Assembly (NCBI RefSeq): GCF_006345805.1
Contig: NC_042998.1
Coordinates: forward strand, 4,960,001-5,024,000
DNA length: 64,000 nt
Reading direction: 5' to 3'
From: Octopus sinensis
Lineage: Eukaryota
The notes under the pieces are model-generated. The model had not been told where the DNA came from, ran no database searches, and saw nothing but the letters and a program-made list of their open reading frames with translations. Numbering within the stretch: the stretch's first letter is position 1; every line of letters begins with the position of its first letter. The translations under genes were made by a program, and so were the position numbers. Positions 28,050-41,533 of the stretch are shown here, one piece after another.

Positions 28050-28210
28050 TATATCGAACTCAGTGTAAAACTGGTACATATTTTATCGACCCCGAAAGAA
28101 ATAGAGGCAAAACGGATCTCGGTGGAATCTAAACTCAGAACATAAAAATTGACGAAATGCCGCTAAGACTTATACTCCGCGTGCTAACGATTCTGCCAGC
28201 TCGCCGCCTT
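28050..28210 (-). mobile_element. Diverged SINE-A
   Basis: ttatcgaccccgaaag...ctcggtggaatctaaactcagaac...ctgccagctcgccgcctt. Confidence 0.85.
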
Positions 28211-29030
28211 CAATCTGTATTATTCATTTTGGTGGGTTAATACAAGTGTTGTTGGCATTACTCTGTTGAATTAGAATTATGAGGTTATTGGAAGCAAAAA
28301 AAATCTGTAAAGAAGCCTTATATAGTTCTTAGTATACAGACACCATGATTAACCCCGATACTAAGACAGCATGATCTTGTTGCTTATTCGTGGATCAACC
28401 TAATGAAATAGACCTATACAGAAAAGGATCTCATTCAAAACAATCGCATGTTTTTAATAATCTAGATAAATATCACTATTCTATCCATATTCTAAATTTA
28501 ACATTTGGCAGTATAATTTCAGGGAGTTTTCGGTGTCCTCACTAGCAATCTTAGTGAGTATGTCCGCACCCTGTTTGCCTTGTCATGTTTTAGTTGTTAG
28601 AAATGACGAGGCTTTAAACCTTGTGTGGCTATCCATATCCGGGTCAAACTACAAGTCATTTTATCTATAAAGAGAAAACCAGACAGTCAGGCAGAAAGAA
28701 AGACAGGGAGAAGTAAAATAGACTCCAGTTCGTAGCTGCTACATAATTTACCTGCCCCAGAAAATATGTAAGACACATTTGACTTCAGTAGTATATGAAC
28801 TCAGAATGCAGGGGCCCGGAGTGAACATTACAAGGCAATCTGTCATTTTAATGACTCTGCCAAATCGTCGACTTGACTCAACATGCATAACTGTATTTCC
28901 CATGGAAGACTTTTAAGAGGGATTAAGTTAAAATGGAAAAAAAAAAACATGATATTCATGTTTATAAATAGCTCATTTTTATAGTTCGGGTTATTTTCTT
29001 TAAAAAAATGCGTGGTAGCAGTATTGGTAA

Positions 29031-29482
29031 TGTTGTTGTTGTTGTTTGTTCTTTCTCAAGCCATGGATGGGACGCCGGTCCGTCGCAGATGAGCTGCAAG
29101 ATGCAGGAGGAAAGAGTGAGAAAGTTGTGGCGAAAGAGTTAGCAGACTGGATGCCCTTCTCACTAACCACTTTATAGAATTGTTGTTGGTCCTTCTTTCG
29201 CCATGCCTGGCTCATAAGGGCCAGTTTCCTGGTTTCCTTGGCATATAGGTTCCCCACCTGGACGGGACGCCGGTCCGTCGCAGATGAGCTGCAAGATGCA
29301 GGAGGAAAGAGTGAGAAAGTTGTGGCGAAAGAGTTAACAGAAGTTCGCCATTACCTTCTACCGGAACCGCGTGGAGCTTAGGTGTTTCGCTCTTGAACAC
29401 ACACATCATCCGGTCTGAGATTCGAACCCGCGATCCCTCAACCGCGAGTCGGCTCCTCTAACCACTAGGCCATGTGCCTCCA
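29031..29482 (-). mobile_element. SINE-B-related chimeric SINE: full copy 29180-29482 plus a deleted copy 29031-29138
   Basis: Head and core (gactcgcgg...gcgaaacacctaagctccacg...ccacaactttctc) shared with SINE-B; different 3' half gcgacggaccggcgtcccgtccagg...(CAA)n tail. Confidence 0.85.
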
Positions 29483-29614
29483 TTGGTAGTAATAGTAGTT
29501 ACTAATTTATTGGAAGTGATTTACAGGTTCAGCACACTAATCATAATTTAAATAAGCTTAATGTGTAATTGCACTTCATATTACGAAGTGTTTCAATATT
29601 GATGCTGTTGCGTG

Positions 29615-29738
29615 TGTTATTGTTGTTGAGTTTTGTGCCCAGTAAAGGCTGCAGTAGAAGATACTTGGCCAAAGTGCCTGAACCCGAAACCGTGTGGTTG
29701 GGAAGCAACCTTCTTAGCACACAGCCACGTCTGCGCCT
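29615..29738 (-). mobile_element. SINE-C 5' fragment
   Basis: agtagaagatacttggccaaagtgcctgaacccgaaaccgtgtggttgggaagcaac...cacagccacg. Confidence 0.75.
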
Positions 29739-29789
29739 TCATATCAAGAGTTTTTCATAAATCGCCCTTTCACGGAGACTTTCTTATTG

Positions 29790-30330
29790 TCCTGTCGTCC
29801 GGCATTTGTTGGTCGAATGTCTATTTTTAAAGCAAAGTTAGCAATGATCACACTCATCAAAAATCCTTGACTTTCTCACCGATCCCATCTCGCCATCATG
29901 TGTATCTAGGATATCGTTTTATTTATCGTCCTTCTGACTTTAATTTGGTAATGTGTTATTGGTTGGAGATATGTCTGCTACTTGTAGCAGATCAAAGGGT
30001 TAATTAAAATCTCCTCTGTAGGTTCATGCTGTGTTTGGTTCTGCGAAGTACAGCCTGTCTATCTAGGTATATTATATACTCTTTGTAATCCATCGTCTTT
30101 TATTAAGTCTAGATGGTTTGAAGAGATTGCTGCAGATACTTCAAAGAATATTTAATTGGTTTGATTTGGCTTTCATTACTCTGAATTTATTATTCATTGC
30201 TAACACAATGTTTGGACATACAGTAGCAATTGATATTAAAGTTATTTCTATGTATATGATGGATGTTGTGCTTCTCATTCGAATCAAAGTTTCAATAACG
30301 TTATCATGGTTAAGTCGTGTTTTCCCAACC
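29790..30330 (-). mobile_element. Possible old RTE-type LINE relic
   Basis: Ordered degenerate motifs MKAKSNQLNIL / YFAE / LQRRF / WR-GIG / IANFALK, resembling KAR.AF..L / YGAE / LRRIL / RW.WIGH / ..ALKW. Confidence 0.3.
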
Positions 30331-31046
30331 AATGATCATAACTACTTTACAGTTACTCATTTTATAATAAGACCATAAATAAACTAGAAATTCAAAATAT
30401 AATTATGCCAATGTTTCAGATGTTAAAATATATTCATCATCATGTAAACAACTGAAATATCGGCATTCTGACTATACAGACCATTGGATATGTCTGTTCA
30501 ATTCTTTTTCTGTTGTTGAAACATACTTTGATCATACCTTCACTAAGTGACGCTGGAATTATTTTATTGAGGTGTCTTTGCGTATGGGAATAATATAAGT
30601 GGTGCGTACACGCTATTACAAGGCAAAATTCTATGTATTAATTGATTTATAATTGAGAGTTACAAAAAAAAAACTGTGAATTTTGTTTAGCGGTGTATAT
30701 AAGGCTGTTTATAATTGTAATTGCAGTCTGGTCCATATATTAACTCTGTGTAATGTAAATAGCATTTGTATATTGTATGCAATGCTTACAATAGCAATAG
30801 TTAGTGTGTCCAGGGTTTGAGCGCCTTCGTTCCGTAGTAAACCAAATTTAGTCTATATATCATCGCAATATTTGCGCTAAGTTAGCATTTTCCGTAATCG
30901 TGCTTCAAACAGATAACTGTTCTATTTAAATTACCATGCATTATATTTATTATATACACCCAGGTTTAACAACATTTCTGTATATTTTCATTTTCAAACG
31001 TTGGAATATATGCGAGTTTCATTTGTAGTGCTTCTACTGTAAAAAC

Positions 31047-31436
31047 GTGGAGGCGCAATGGCCCAGTGGTTAGGGCAGCGGACTCGCGGTCATAGGATCG
31101 CGGTTTCGATTCCCAGACCGGGCGTTGTGAGTGTTTATTAAGCGAAAACACCTAAAGCTCCACGAGGCTCCGGCAGGGGATGGTGGTGATCCCTGCTGTA
31201 CTCTTTCACCACAACTTTCTCTCACTCTTACTTCCTGTTTCTGTTGTACCTGTATTTCAAAGAGCCGGCCTTGTCACTCTCTGTGTCACGCTGAATATCC
31301 CCGAGAACTATGTTAAGGGTGCACGTGTCTGTGGAGTGCTCAGCCAATTACACGTTAATTTCACGAGCAGGCTGTTCCGTTGATTCGGATCAACCGGAAC
31401 CCTCGTCGTCGTAACCGACGGAGTGCTTCCACACAT
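31047..31436 (+). mobile_element. Full-length SINE-B with 9-bp TSD
   Basis: Near-identical to 13773-14160; TSD tgtaaaaac at 31038-31046 and 31437-31445. Confidence 0.95.
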
Positions 31437-32639
31437 TGTAAAAACAGGTAAAAATGATGTCGTTGTATGATACATCTTTAGTATAGATTTTAATACTATA
31501 CTACAAAAATAATTTCAGCATTTCCGGTACTATAAATCAGAGACGCCATCAAACAATACAGATATATTTCAAACTTAAGAATAGTAGCCATGCATCCTAT
31601 TCTGTTGACAGAGCTGAGAGCTTTATAATTTGTGGTATTTTGGCTCCATATGTATCATGAGCAAACTATAATAATGACAAGATGAAGTTGCCAATTATTT
31701 CAGGAGTGAAATGTTCGTAAAATAATGATATCACTGTCAGCGTGTTTGAATTCTAATTCTTGCGATAAACCTAACAATTTTACATGGTTTCATATTCCCT
31801 TACGTTTACAATGATATACAGAAAGCAAAAATTCTGTAAACTTCAGACGTCCCAAATTGGCTCAAATATTTCGTGTCGCGTTTAAACCAAAATAAACCAA
31901 AAGAAACCTAAATAGTATATAAAAGCTAAGACAATAGATAAAGAATTTAAATAGATGAATTAAGAAGTTATCACTTTAGACTCGAGAAGCCTTTCATTGA
32001 TAAAGGCACTCTATGCCACACGTAGTTAAAAAGAACGTATCTAAAAATAAAATAAATTTGAATTGCTGTGGTAGAATTTGGTCTACAGCAATAAAGAAAT
32101 TGAGAAACAAAATTTCAAATGATGACTACAAAGATATGGAGAGAAACATGATGACGACGACGATGATAATGATGATTATCATCATCGTCATTATCATCAT
32201 TATCATGATCATCTTCATCACCCACATAATGGTGACGATTGTGACAGGTGATTGTGGTGACAGCGGCGATAAAGTTGCTAATATTTATGATGATGCAGCA
32301 AAAATATAAAGTGATAGCGAGAGATATAAAAAAAACACGTACTGATAGTGACTGATGTAGCAACTGATGCCGCTAATTTTGAAGCTGGTGATAAGTACGA
32401 TCATTTTAATGACGGGAATATAAGATAACAAGTAGAATTTATCTAAGAAACTTCCTAATGAAAATTAAATTACAAAATTTGATTTCTGTATAAAATAATT
32501 ACATCAAGACGGAGTTTTATCCCATAGATTTAACTGGGGAATTTTAACCGTCCACAAAAGTGTTACCCTTTAATTTGGAAACAATACTAAATATTTTAAG
32601 GACAAATGCATGTTTTATGGTTGCAGATACAGTGGAGTG

Positions 32640-34115
32640 ATTAAGAACTTCGAATCACGACACTGTGTGTGCTTTATATTTAGCAGGACTGTGCGTGTAT
32701 ATGTGTGTGATTTGCATTTGTGAGGGTGCTGTGAGTGCGCATGTGCGTATGTGTTTGTGTGCATGTGTTTATTCGTATGTGTGTATATGTGCGTCTGTGT
32801 GTGTGCGTGTGTATGTTTGTGTGTGTTGTGTTGGTAGGCATGTTATGTGCGTGCACGTGAGTATGTGTGTGTGTCTGTCTGAGTAAGTTTGTGTCGCTAT
32901 ATTTGTCCGGGTGACGTGTGTGTGTGTGTGTGTGTGTGCGTGTGTAACCGTATGTGTGTGTGAGGGTGCATATGTATGTGGGTGGGTGTGCATGTGCGTG
33001 TGAGTGCGTTGTATTTGTCAGGGGTTCTGTGCGTCTGTGTGTGTTACGTTTATTCAGGTGGTGTGTATGTGTGTGCGTGTACGTACTGTGCATGTTTGTA
33101 CTGAGTGTGCGTTTGTGTGTGTGTATATGTGGGTGTGGTTTATGTAGTTTTCTGGTGTGTATGCACATGTGTGTCTGCTATATTTGTTGTGGCGAAGTGT
33201 GTGTGTGTGTATGAGTGTCTGCAAGTGTGCATGTTATTATTCTGTGTGGTGCGTGCACGTGTTTGGGTATATTATTGTGAGTGTTTAGTTTGTATTGTTT
33301 GTGCAGTGTTTGTGTATACGTGTGGGTGTGTTTGTGTCAGTGTGTCTATGTGTCTTGTATTTATCAGGGTGGTGTGTGTTATTGTGTGTGTGCGCGTGCT
33401 TGTATTTGTGTATGTATGTATGTATGTATGTATGTATGTATGTATGTATGTATGTATGTATGTATGTGTGAGTGCTTGTTGGGATTGATGGGATTGTATT
33501 GCGTGTATATATGTGTATAGTGGAGGTGCAATGGCCCAGTGGTTAGGGCAGCGGACTCGCGGTCGTAGGATCGCGGTTTCGATTCCCAGACCAGGCGTTG
33601 TGAGTGTTTATTGAGCGAAAACACCTAAAAGCTCCACGAGGCTCCGGCAGAGGGTGGTGGTGATCCCTGCTGTACTCTTTCACCACAACTTTCTCTCACT
33701 CTTACTTCCTGTTTCTGTTGTACCTGTATTTCAAAGGGCCGGCCTTGTCACTCTCTGTGTCACGCTGAATATCCCCGAGAACTATGTTAAGGGTGCACGT
33801 GTCTGTGGAGTGCTCAGCCACTTACACGTTAATTTCACGAGCAGGCTGTTCCGTTGATCGGATCAACCGTAACCCTCGTCGTCGCAACCGACGGAGTGCT
33901 TCCAAAAAATATATGTGTGTGTGTTTTCTTTGAGTGTTTGTGTGATTTTTGTGTGTGAACGAGCATATTGTGTTTGTGTGTGTGTACATATGTGTGTATA
34001 TATCCGTGTGTGGGGGTTGTATTTGCATGTTTGTGTGTGTATCTGTGTATGTGTGGATATGTTTGTGTGAGAGTGCCTTGTAATTGTCAGGGCGGTGTGT
34101 GTAGGTGTGTGCATT
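32640..34115. repeat. Long degenerate (TG)/(TATG) low-complexity tract, interrupted by a SINE-B
   Basis: Visible GT-rich decayed repeat on both sides of 33519-33908. Confidence 0.85.
33519..33908 (+). mobile_element. Full-length SINE-B with ~10-bp TSD
   Basis: Matches the other SINE-B copies; atatatgtgt on both flanks. Confidence 0.95.
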
Positions 34116-34149
34116 TACGTGTAATATAAGTGTAATATAATGAATTTTG

Positions 34150-34496
34150 CAATTCACTATGAGAGCAAAACCGAAAGAAAAGAAACTGAAAAATTTTTAA
34201 ATATTATCTAATCTGAGCGACGAGAAGACCGTAGAAAACTAGGACAACAATTATTCCATTGGTGATTGGTTCACAAGGTGCAATAACCAAGGGAGATTGG
34301 AATTGAAACTCAGATTATCGACCTCAAGAAAATCCTAACCTATCATCTGCAAGAACTTCAAGGGAAATTCTTGAGTTTTTACGTGACATTTTGTCCTCAT
34401 ACCTCAAAATTAAATACATAACTAAATGAGACTACACCAGCGTAATGGCAATAATAATAGTAATAATAATAACAACAACAACAACACAACAACAAC

Positions 34497-34520
<24 letters not shown>
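34150..34520 (+). mobile_element. Degenerate 3' end of an R4/Dong-type LINE ending in (TAA/CAA)n
   Basis: KETEKF...TIIPLVIGSQGAITKG...IGIETQIIDLKK, an RLE C-terminal motif homologous to TIPIIIGALG at 1571-1810; not in the ORF track. Confidence 0.65.
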
Positions 34521-34521
<1 letters not shown>

Positions 34522-34527
<6 letters not shown>

Positions 34528-34950
34528 GCCCTGATGTCCTACCAGTGGCTCTCGTGGCATCTGATCTTAACTGATTGGAAGTATTATCACGTTCATTGTT
34601 TCGTCTTGGTATAAAAGATTGGCTACAGCAGATATTCAGCTCAATACCACAGATTTGTTTGTCAGTTGTTGACCATAACCAGTGGAGCATGACCCTTAGT
34701 GGCTGATGATATGTGCATCTCTAATCACCATAGCCATATGTTGAGAAGAATTCTTTGGAGTTTGAATAAGTATCTTCTGGGAAACATTGGTGTTTCATTC
34801 ATCATCCCTTAAACAACCCTTATTCAGGGTCCTTTTGTGCGGGGTGGGCTACTCGACCTGTAGAAAATTCCTACTGGTGCCCCACCTGCAAGGTCATGCG
34901 CTGTTTATCTTGAGATCACCATGTCGTGCACATACGGTTGTGATGCACGA
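34522..34950 (+). mobile_element. Unclassified interspersed repeat starting inside (TAA)n
   Basis: Non-coding and GC-richer than the flanks; recognised by recall as a common octopod repeat, not verified. Confidence 0.4.
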
Positions 34951-34959
34951 GTCATGATT

Positions 34960-35780
34960 GAGAGGAAAATCTTAAGCTGCTGACTTGCAATAAGATGAAC
35001 CGCACAAAGGCAGACGAAGAGCGTCTTTACCAACCCAGAGCTCAAGGAGGTCGAGGCTTGATACAAAGTCACCACAATTAGACTGGCAAAATATTTTGAA
35101 ACATCTAATGACTGCATGTTAAAGATCGTTGTAAACCCTGAAAGAAGCAAGAAGCTTCATTCTGTTATGGAGAGCAAAAAATGTTCAAGTGAGTTTATCC
35201 ATAATACCCATGTTGCAGAGCATGAATGAAGTGCAGCAACTGTAGTTGGACAGAAAGTGAAGTCAATAGCAAAGCAGAATCTGCATGAAGAATTGATTGA
35301 TAGGTGGAAACAAAAAACCTTTGCCCGGCAAATATGTGACCCGTAGTAAACAAGCTATTGTGGACCAGAAGCACACTCATCAAGGGCTACGGAGCTCAGA
35401 GCTAAAGGCAGAGAGTGAAGGCTTTATCTTGGCTGCCCAAGATCAGAGCTTATTGACAAGGAACTAGCAAGCAAATGTGATGAAGATGGTGTAGACCCAA
35501 AGTGCCGATACTGCAACAATGGGATAGAAACAATGAACCTGCTAATCTCTGGATGTAAGATATCAGCACCTATAAAGTACAAATCAAGACATGACACGGT
35601 TGGGCAATATCAACATTGGAGAATGTGTCGGCATTATAATATCAAAAGTGCTGACAAATGGTACAAGCGCTATCCTGAGACTGTAACTGAAGGAGAAAAT
35701 GTAACTATTCTATGGGACTTCTCAGTATGTGTATATCGGACCATCAAGGCAAATAAACCAGATATATTTGTAAGAAAAGA
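34960..35780 (+). mobile_element. R4/Dong-type LINE fragment (post-RT region, CCHC zinc knuckle, start of RLE)
   Basis: TKADEERLYQPRAQGGRGLI; LKAESEGFILAAQDQSLLTRN; DPKCRYCNNGIETMNLLISGC...RHDTVGQYQHW...VTILWDF...IKANKPDI (ORF 35533 onward). Confidence 0.9.
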
Positions 35781-35841
35781 CGGACGAAATACCAAAAGCA
35801 TTTTGCTCGGCGTGCAAACGAACCTGCCAGCTCGCCGCCTT
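35779..35841 (-). mobile_element. SINE-A head fragment
   Basis: gacggacgaaatacc...ggcgtgcaaacgaacctgccagctcgccgcctt. Confidence 0.8.
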
Positions 35842-35859
35842 AATATTATTATTATTATT

Positions 35860-35906
<47 letters not shown>

Positions 35907-36864
35907 TAAAATCAATAACAACATTTATTTTCTAGTTGGTTTTCCTGTGCAACAATCTTCCATTGGGTTTATGAGGGTTAACGGTAATAAAAAAAATCTT
36001 ACAAAACGAAAATTATACCGGTTATCTCAATAATACTCATAGAAATACTGACTCGCTTAATGACCCGCGGAAACCTGCGTCTAGTCATAGAAAAAAAAGT
36101 ATTGAAATGCTCTCGCTTTAATGCATTGTGCTCTTTGGAATTTTGTGTGAATATACAGGAAAACAAAACTTTTTCGAAAGTTATTTTTTGTATATAATCC
36201 TTTATGTGAATATTTAAAATAATTTCAACTTTCTATATCTACTTTCAGATTATTGAATACCACCAAAGAACAATTTTCATGAAATAGAGATACTTTATAT
36301 TTGTCACATAGATAAGGGTGTGAAATTTATTTATTCTGATCCCGGGGCCTCTCATGAACACATGCGAACATATATGCATACACGCAGGATTATAACATAT
36401 ACAGCAATACTTATATCATAAGTAAAAAAAATGTGTGTATATGTGAGAAATTTAGTTACCATAACCACCTGAAAGATACACACATACATACACACTGATA
36501 TAGATGTGCGTGTGTGTGTGTGTATGTGTGTGTGTGCACTTACGCGTGTTTGTGTACGCGTTTGTAATCCGAAATGTATGCGGGTAAATTCATAAAATAA
36601 AAACGAAATAAATATATTAAATTTTATTTGAATGTACTGAGCAAAATGTATGATATTGTTTTATATGGTGTGAAATAATATTTTCTCTCGTATATCATAA
36701 GAAAATAAACTTTAATGAAATATGTGAATACATTTCATAGCGCGATGAAACACACACAAAATAATCATAGCAATTTAAACAGTAAACTCAAACGTATAAT
36801 GAAAGGTAAAGTAAAACACGTGTGTGTGTTATGTATGAACATATATATATATATTATATATATA

Positions 36865-36966
<102 letters not shown>

Positions 36967-37329
36967 CATATATATATATATATATATATTTTACAAAAAA
37001 CTTCATGTGTTGTTGTCTTGGGTTTACCCCATCCTTGAATCCTGTGTACATTCGGGTTATGGCCACCAGGTCGTAACAGCATGCTTGTATGTATGTACGT
37101 ATGTTGAAGTGGAACCGAAACGATACAATAAATTAGCACTCAACATACACATGAGCACACACCTACAAAGGGGCTTGATCCTCAAAGCAAGCCTAGTGCA
37201 CAAGAGGGTCCATGATATATTTTACCGAAACTTGATGCATTCTTTGTTTTCTAATTAGGGCTTGTGTAGACCTACATTAGACAAGTAAGGTAGTTCGTTT
37301 CTTTCTCAATAATATACTATTTACAGCTA

Positions 37330-38090
37330 AAACTAGAACTCTGCATGATACGCTTATGGTAATTATTTCTCTGAAGTGGTTAGTATTAGCGTATTATGGA
37401 CCTATTCTCTAACGCGTATAGAGATTTAACGCTAGACATCAGCATAAAAGAAAATTGAAGTTATGGCTGAAGATGCTTGAGATGCTCTTCCTCTTTCTAT
37501 TAAAGATTCCGTCCTTCAAGTGGTAGACATCTGAAAATATATTAGCCCAGTCATAACTCTGTGTACTGAGAGTAATGCGCAAAACAAACCCTACACTCAT
37601 CTACTGCAAACACAATTCTCCCTAACAGCCTGAAGAACAAAGCTTATACACTGAATATCAAATTGAGCATTCATCCTGCTTGCATAATTAGTGCACTTCT
37701 ACGTAATAGCTAAATAGGAATAATTATATCGGAGGTGAGGAAAGGTTACATGCTTACCACACCTATTGTCATGCAAGGTCGTACCCTCTGAGTTCATGAA
37801 CAAACAGGATGTAAGAATATGCTATCGCTATACAATGAGCATTTCCTGCGACAGCTTGGTCATGTGCACTGGATTGACGAATGCCTTATCTTTAAGAATC
37901 TAATATGTGACCAGCTTATCTGTGGAAAGCGTCCAACAGTTTATTTCTGCCCGCTATAAATTGGGGTGCGTGCAGAAGGGACCCTTTTCCACTGCACAAG
38001 TTGTCGCTTTAAATCATTTGTCTTGGAAACATTTTGTGAAGACTGAAGTAAAGAATTTATGGACAATCGAATTCTGCGCTTAAGATCTTC
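37330..38090 (+). mobile_element. Degenerate RTE-clade LINE (RT C-terminal region)
   Basis: Ordered motifs IMDLFSNAYRDLTLDISIK, LTLNIKLSIHPACIISALL and LRQLGHVHWIDECLIFKNLICDQLICGKRP, matching LMDRFS.AC..FGLTIS / TK..VY.ACVLSTLLYG / RWLGHVHRM.DGRIPK.LLYGEL..GKR. Confidence 0.75.
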
Positions 38091-38509
38091 AGATCGGATA
38101 TCTTGTGCTCAGTGACTGATACTTTATTCAGAATCTACAGGGAAGCGTGCAAAGAAAAAGTAAATAAAAGCAAATGAAACTAATGTAAAAGATACGAAAA
38201 AAATAATGCATTTTCATAATGAGATAGGTGCGTTTGAAGTGGTGTGATTTTTCTCTGCTTACTGATTGAACATAGCAATAAATATAAATAAAACGCAATC
38301 ACATGAAACTCTATAACATTGAGAAATTGTATCTACGATATCTTATTCGCTTTGGTCACAGATATTAGAGCAAAATTTCGAGGTGGCAAATATTATTGAC
38401 GTTTTGCAATGAAACTATTTACGCTTATTAAAATGAGATAGACAACAATAAAACAGTGAGAAGGGAAAATACGTAAAAATAAAGAATAAAAATATAATAA
38501 ATAACACAT

Positions 38510-38891
38510 AGGCGTAGGCATGGCTCTGTGGTAAGAAGCTTGCTTCCCAACCACATGGTTCTGGGTTCATGCCCACTGCGTGGGACTTTGAGGAAGTGTC
38601 TTCTACTGTAGCCTCGGACCGACCAAAGCCTTGTAAGTGGACGGAAACTGAAAGAAACCCGTCGCATATATGTATATATGTATGTATGTATATTTATGTC
38701 TGTGTGTCTGTGTTTGTCCCCCTCCACCACCATCGCTTAACAACCGATGTTGGTGTACTTACGTCTCCGTAACTTCGCTGCTTGGTAAAAGAAGCCGATA
38801 GAACAAGTACAAGGCTTACAAAGAATAAGTCCTGGAGTTGGTTGCATAGCCGCAGTCAAAATGACTTAAACAAGTAAAAGAATAAAAGAAT
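38510..38891 (+). mobile_element. SINE-C
   Basis: Head aggcgtaggcatggctctgtggtaag; internal (TA)/(TATG); tail gccgcagtcaaaatgacttaaacaagtaaaag. Confidence 0.9.
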
Positions 38892-39010
38892 ATGAGTGTG
38901 CCGTAACATTTGATACGTTTATATCTTCATAATGTTCCCTGGTCATAAATCTTATCACAATATGGGTAAGAGTGTGCAGGGCTTTCATGTATTCAAATGA
39001 CTCTTAATAT

Positions 39011-39396
39011 TCTCTTTTACTCTTTTACTTGTTTCAGTCATTCGACTGCGACCATGCAGAAGCACCGCCTTTAGTCGAGCAAATCGACCCCAGGACTTAT
39101 TCTTTGGAAGCCTAGTACTTATGTTATCGGTCACTTTTGCCGAACCGCTAAGTTACGGGGTTGTAAACACACCAGCATTGTTTGTCAAACACAGACAGAC
39201 AAACACACATACACATATATATATATATATACATATATACGATGGGCTATTTTCAGTTTCCGTCTACCAAATCCACTCACAAGGCTTTGGTCGGCCCGAG
39301 GCTATTGTAGAAGACACTTGCCCAAGGTGCCATGCAGTGGGATTGAACCATGTGGTTGGTAAGCAAGCTACGTACCGCACAGCCACCCCAGCGCCT
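39011..39396 (-). mobile_element. SINE-C, inverted relative to 38510-38891
   Basis: cttttacttgtttcagtcattcgactgcg...cacagccaccccagcgcct. Confidence 0.9.
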
Positions 39397-39689
39397 ATAA
39401 AAGTCTATAAAATACTTGTAGAAGTTGGTAGATATTAGATTAATTGGTATTAGATATTTATATGCTGCACTGTTGAGTGTCATATCCGGTCATTGATATT
39501 TCATCCATGCTTTGGGATTATAAACATTATCAGGGTTTCAAATTTTGGCACAAAGCCAGCAAATGTGGGTGAATGGGTAAGTCGATTACAGCGATCTCCG
39601 TGCTCAACTGATAGTTATTTTATTGATGCCTCGTGTGTCAATCAGAACCCTTAAGTGGATTTACTGGATTAAAACTGCACGGAAGCTCG

Positions 39690-39895
39690 TCGTATATATG
39701 CATGTGTATGTGTGTGTGTGTGTGAGTTATAACCGGTGTTGGTTTGTTTAGGTCTAATTAACTTGGCGTTTTAGCATAAGAGCCTGATAAAATAAGTATA
39801 GACTTTAAAACGTAAATACCTAGGTCATTTTGTTCGACTAAACCCATCGAGTCGGTGCTCCAGTATGACCGCAGTCCAACGGCTGAAACATATGA
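39690..39895 (+). mobile_element. SINE-C 3' half, diverged
   Basis: cgtcgtatatatg..(TG)n..ggtgctccagtatgaccgcagtccaacggctgaaac. Confidence 0.75.
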
Positions 39896-41130
39896 TATAC
39901 AAATGATGTAAGAGTAAATAAGAAATGTATATATACGAAAAAGGACTGTGTAACTTTGTTTAGAAACTTGGTTAACTTGCACAAATTTTAAGTTGCAAAT
40001 CATTAAATGTATACTATGGATCAGACGGGAATGTAAGAATTTATGACCGCAATGTGCTTATTCAAATGTCATATTTTTTCTGTTCATCTTTATTAATCTC
40101 TTAAATTTTTTGTGTGTTATATGTTGCTACCATCTTTTTAGGATTCTTCTACCAGAATTTCTGTTCACGTCACGATTGCTAATACTTTTGAAATTTGTTT
40201 GACTCCCTCCCACATAAAATACTTGCTTTATAATGTGAAATATATTCTTCAAACGGGAGAAAAGATGAAAGAATAGTTTCACTTCATTTGTGTGTAACGG
40301 ACTCACATAAAAAGAACTCAAAAAGTCATTCCGTTTGGACAGTTACCTAATAATTTTTTCGAAACATCACGAGCTCATAAAACCATATCTGTCGTTGCAT
40401 TGATGTCTGTATATAATATAAATAATAAGTGGTTTCTTGTTTTATATCTCACAAGAATCTATCCACTCATATAAATTGTATTGCAAATGTATTACAGGTG
40501 GTTGTGGTGATGTAAGCATTCGGTACCATAAAAAATGAGGTTAAAAATACATCACGATATTAATCATTTCTATGAAATTTAATATAACGTCTATAGGAAT
40601 ACCCTTCGCTATGACCCAGTTGTAATTTCTTCTCATACATTGCATCCTCAGACTCTGAGGTGCTGCTTGACGCATTTGCGGTTTTCTTTTCTCCTTCTAT
40701 CGTAAAGAAAGATATATATATATATCTATTATACACTTTATTATAGTCAATGGACAGTATAAACACCATATATTCACAGGAGCTTTTCCCTGCTCTTTTA
40801 AGGGACTATGTAAATCCCACCATGTCTGGAAAAAAGATATAAGCTTTGATATTTCAAAGCCTAAAAGCAACAACAATCCTAACGACAGCAGGATCAACAA
40901 CAGCAACACCGATAGTAGCAATACAATTAATAAAACTGGCACGGAATAAACCAATAACGGCAGCAGTAGAAACTACAACACCGATAATGGCAAAGCTTCT
41001 TTCACAAGAATAGTCTCCATAATAGAACAATACATTTTCTCCTTTATTGTTTCGGGAAAATACCTCGGAAAACAGTCATTTGTGATATAGTTCTCAAGAT
41101 TTTGATCAGAACCGAACAATTCCCACTGAT

Positions 41131-41533
41131 TCTTTTACTTGTTTCAGTCATTTGACTGCGGCCATGCTGGGCACTGCCTTTACTCAAGCAAATCGACCCC
41201 GGGACTTATTCTTTGTAAGCCCAGTACTTAATCTATCGTTCTCTTTTGCCGAACCGCTAAGTGACGGGGACGTAAACACACCAGCATCGGTTGTCAAGCA
41301 ATGCTAGGAGGACAAACACAGACACACAAACACACACACGCACACACACACACATATATATACATACATACGACGGGCTTCTTTCAGTTTCCGTCTACCA
41401 AATCCACTCACAAGGTTTGGTCGGCCCGAGGCTATAGTAGAAGACACTTGCCCAAGGTGCCACGCAGTGGGACTGAACCTGGAACCATATGGCTAGTAAA
41501 CAAGCTACTTACCACACAGCCACTCCTGCGCCT
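41131..41533 (-). mobile_element. Full-length SINE-C
   Basis: Reverse complement of the family consensus from tail to head. Confidence 0.95.

Noticed and set aside
28524-28554. Possible 31-nt microexon (tttcag|...|gtgagt)
   Set aside because: Weak polypyrimidine tract and no supporting reading frame or homology.
40560-40769. ORF with an SSSTSESED acidic patch
   Set aside because: Short, no recognisable domain and no splice or transposase context.
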